From Macrostomum lignano (taxonomy: Eukaryota): DNA of 64,000 nucleotides. Below the pieces are notes generated by a model. It was not told the origin of the DNA. It worked only from the letters and a program-made list of their open reading frames with translations, and did not search any database. This document shows positions 62,985-64,000 of the stretch, piece by piece. A program made the translations under genes and the position numbers. Each line of letters begins with the position of its first letter. Position 1 is the first letter of the stretch. The DNA is taken from assembly GCA_002269645.1 (NCBI GenBank), contig NIVC01000102.1:16008-80007 (forward strand), read 5' to 3'.

Positions 62985-64000
62985 AAGTCCCAGATCCCCA
63001 TTCTCCAAGTCCTAGATTCCTATCTCATTCCATAGTTCTCATTCCCTAAGTCCAAGACCCCCATTCCCAAGTCCCAGATCCCCATTCTCCAAGTCCCAGA
63101 TCCCCATTCTCCAAGTCCAGATCCCCATTCTCCAAGTCTCAGATCCCCATTCCCCAATTTCTAGATCCCCATTCTTCAAGTCCCAGATCCTCATTTCCCA
63201 AGTCCCAGATCCTCATTCCCCAATTTCTAGATCCACATTTCCCAAGTCCCAGATCCTCATTCCCCAATTTCTAGATCCACATTTCCAAGTCCCAGATCCT
63301 CATTCCCCAATTTCTAGATCCTCATTTCCCAAGTCCCAGATCCTCATTCCCCAATTTCTAGATCCACATTTCCCAAGTCCCAGATCCTCATTCCCCAATT
63401 TCTAGATCCACATTTCCAAAGTCCCAGATCCCCATTCCCCAAGTCCCAGATCCCTATTCCCCAAGTCCCAGATCCCCATTCCCCAAGTCCCAGATCCCCA
63501 TTCTCCAAGTCCCAGATCCCCATTCTCCAAGTCCAGATCCCATTCTCCAAGTCTCAGATCCCATTCCCCAATTTCTAGATCCCCATTCTTCAAGTCCCAG
63601 ATCCTCATTTCCCAAGTCCCAGATCCTCATTCCCCAATTTCTAGATCCACATTTCCCAAGTCCCAGATCCTCATTCCCCAATTTCTAGATCCACATTTCC
63701 CAAGTCCCAGATCCTCATTCCCCAATTTCTAGATCCTCATTTCCCAAGTCCCAGATCCTCATTCCCCAATTTCTAGATCCACATTTCCAAGTCCCAGATC
63801 CTCATTCCCCAATTTCTAGATCCTCATTTCCAAGTCCCAGATCCTCATTCCCCAATTTCTAGATCCACATTCCCAAGTCCCAGATCCTCATCCCCAATTT
63901 CTAGATCCACATTTCCAAATACCCAGATCCCCATTCCCCAAGTCCAGATCCCCATTCCCCAAGTCCCAGATCCCCATTCCCCAAGTCCCAGATCCCCATT
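62985..64000. repeat. ~22-bp array in a DIP2 intron, running off the window
   Basis: CCCAGATCCCCATTCCCCAAGT and CTAGATCCTCATTCCCCAATTT units. Confidence 0.95.

Overview
This is animal genomic DNA with spliceosomal GT-AG introns. The gene content and the minisatellite-filled introns resemble a free-living flatworm such as Macrostomum (inference only). All exon chains were translated by hand and checked for splice phase. Gene models, left to right: (1) a two-exon gene encoding a PAK-type autoinhibitory domain with no kinase domain; (2) a complete but divergent synapsin (minus strand, 10-11 exons); (3) an unrecognised five-exon, two-transmembrane protein (minus); (4) a secreted C-type lectin with a PAN/apple-like extension behind one in-frame TAA (minus); (5) four tandem calmodulin-like genes with graded EF-hand loss; (6) the 5' part of DIP2, which runs off the window and carries homopolymer frameshifts that look like assembly errors. 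Mobile DNA: a 7.6-kb CMC/EnSpm-type transposon with intact-looking ORFs, TIRs and TA TSD; a head-to-tail pair of non-autonomous Helitrons; an hAT MITE with an 8-bp TSD; and a TA-flanked MITE. Most long introns hold their own tandem array, and most long ORFs in the supplied track are artefacts of those arrays. I found no rRNA, tRNA or CRISPR array. The strongest novelty candidates are the kinase-less PAK inhibitory-domain gene, the calmodulin-like cluster, the synapsin with a remodelled nucleotide pocket, and the lectin with an in-frame stop.
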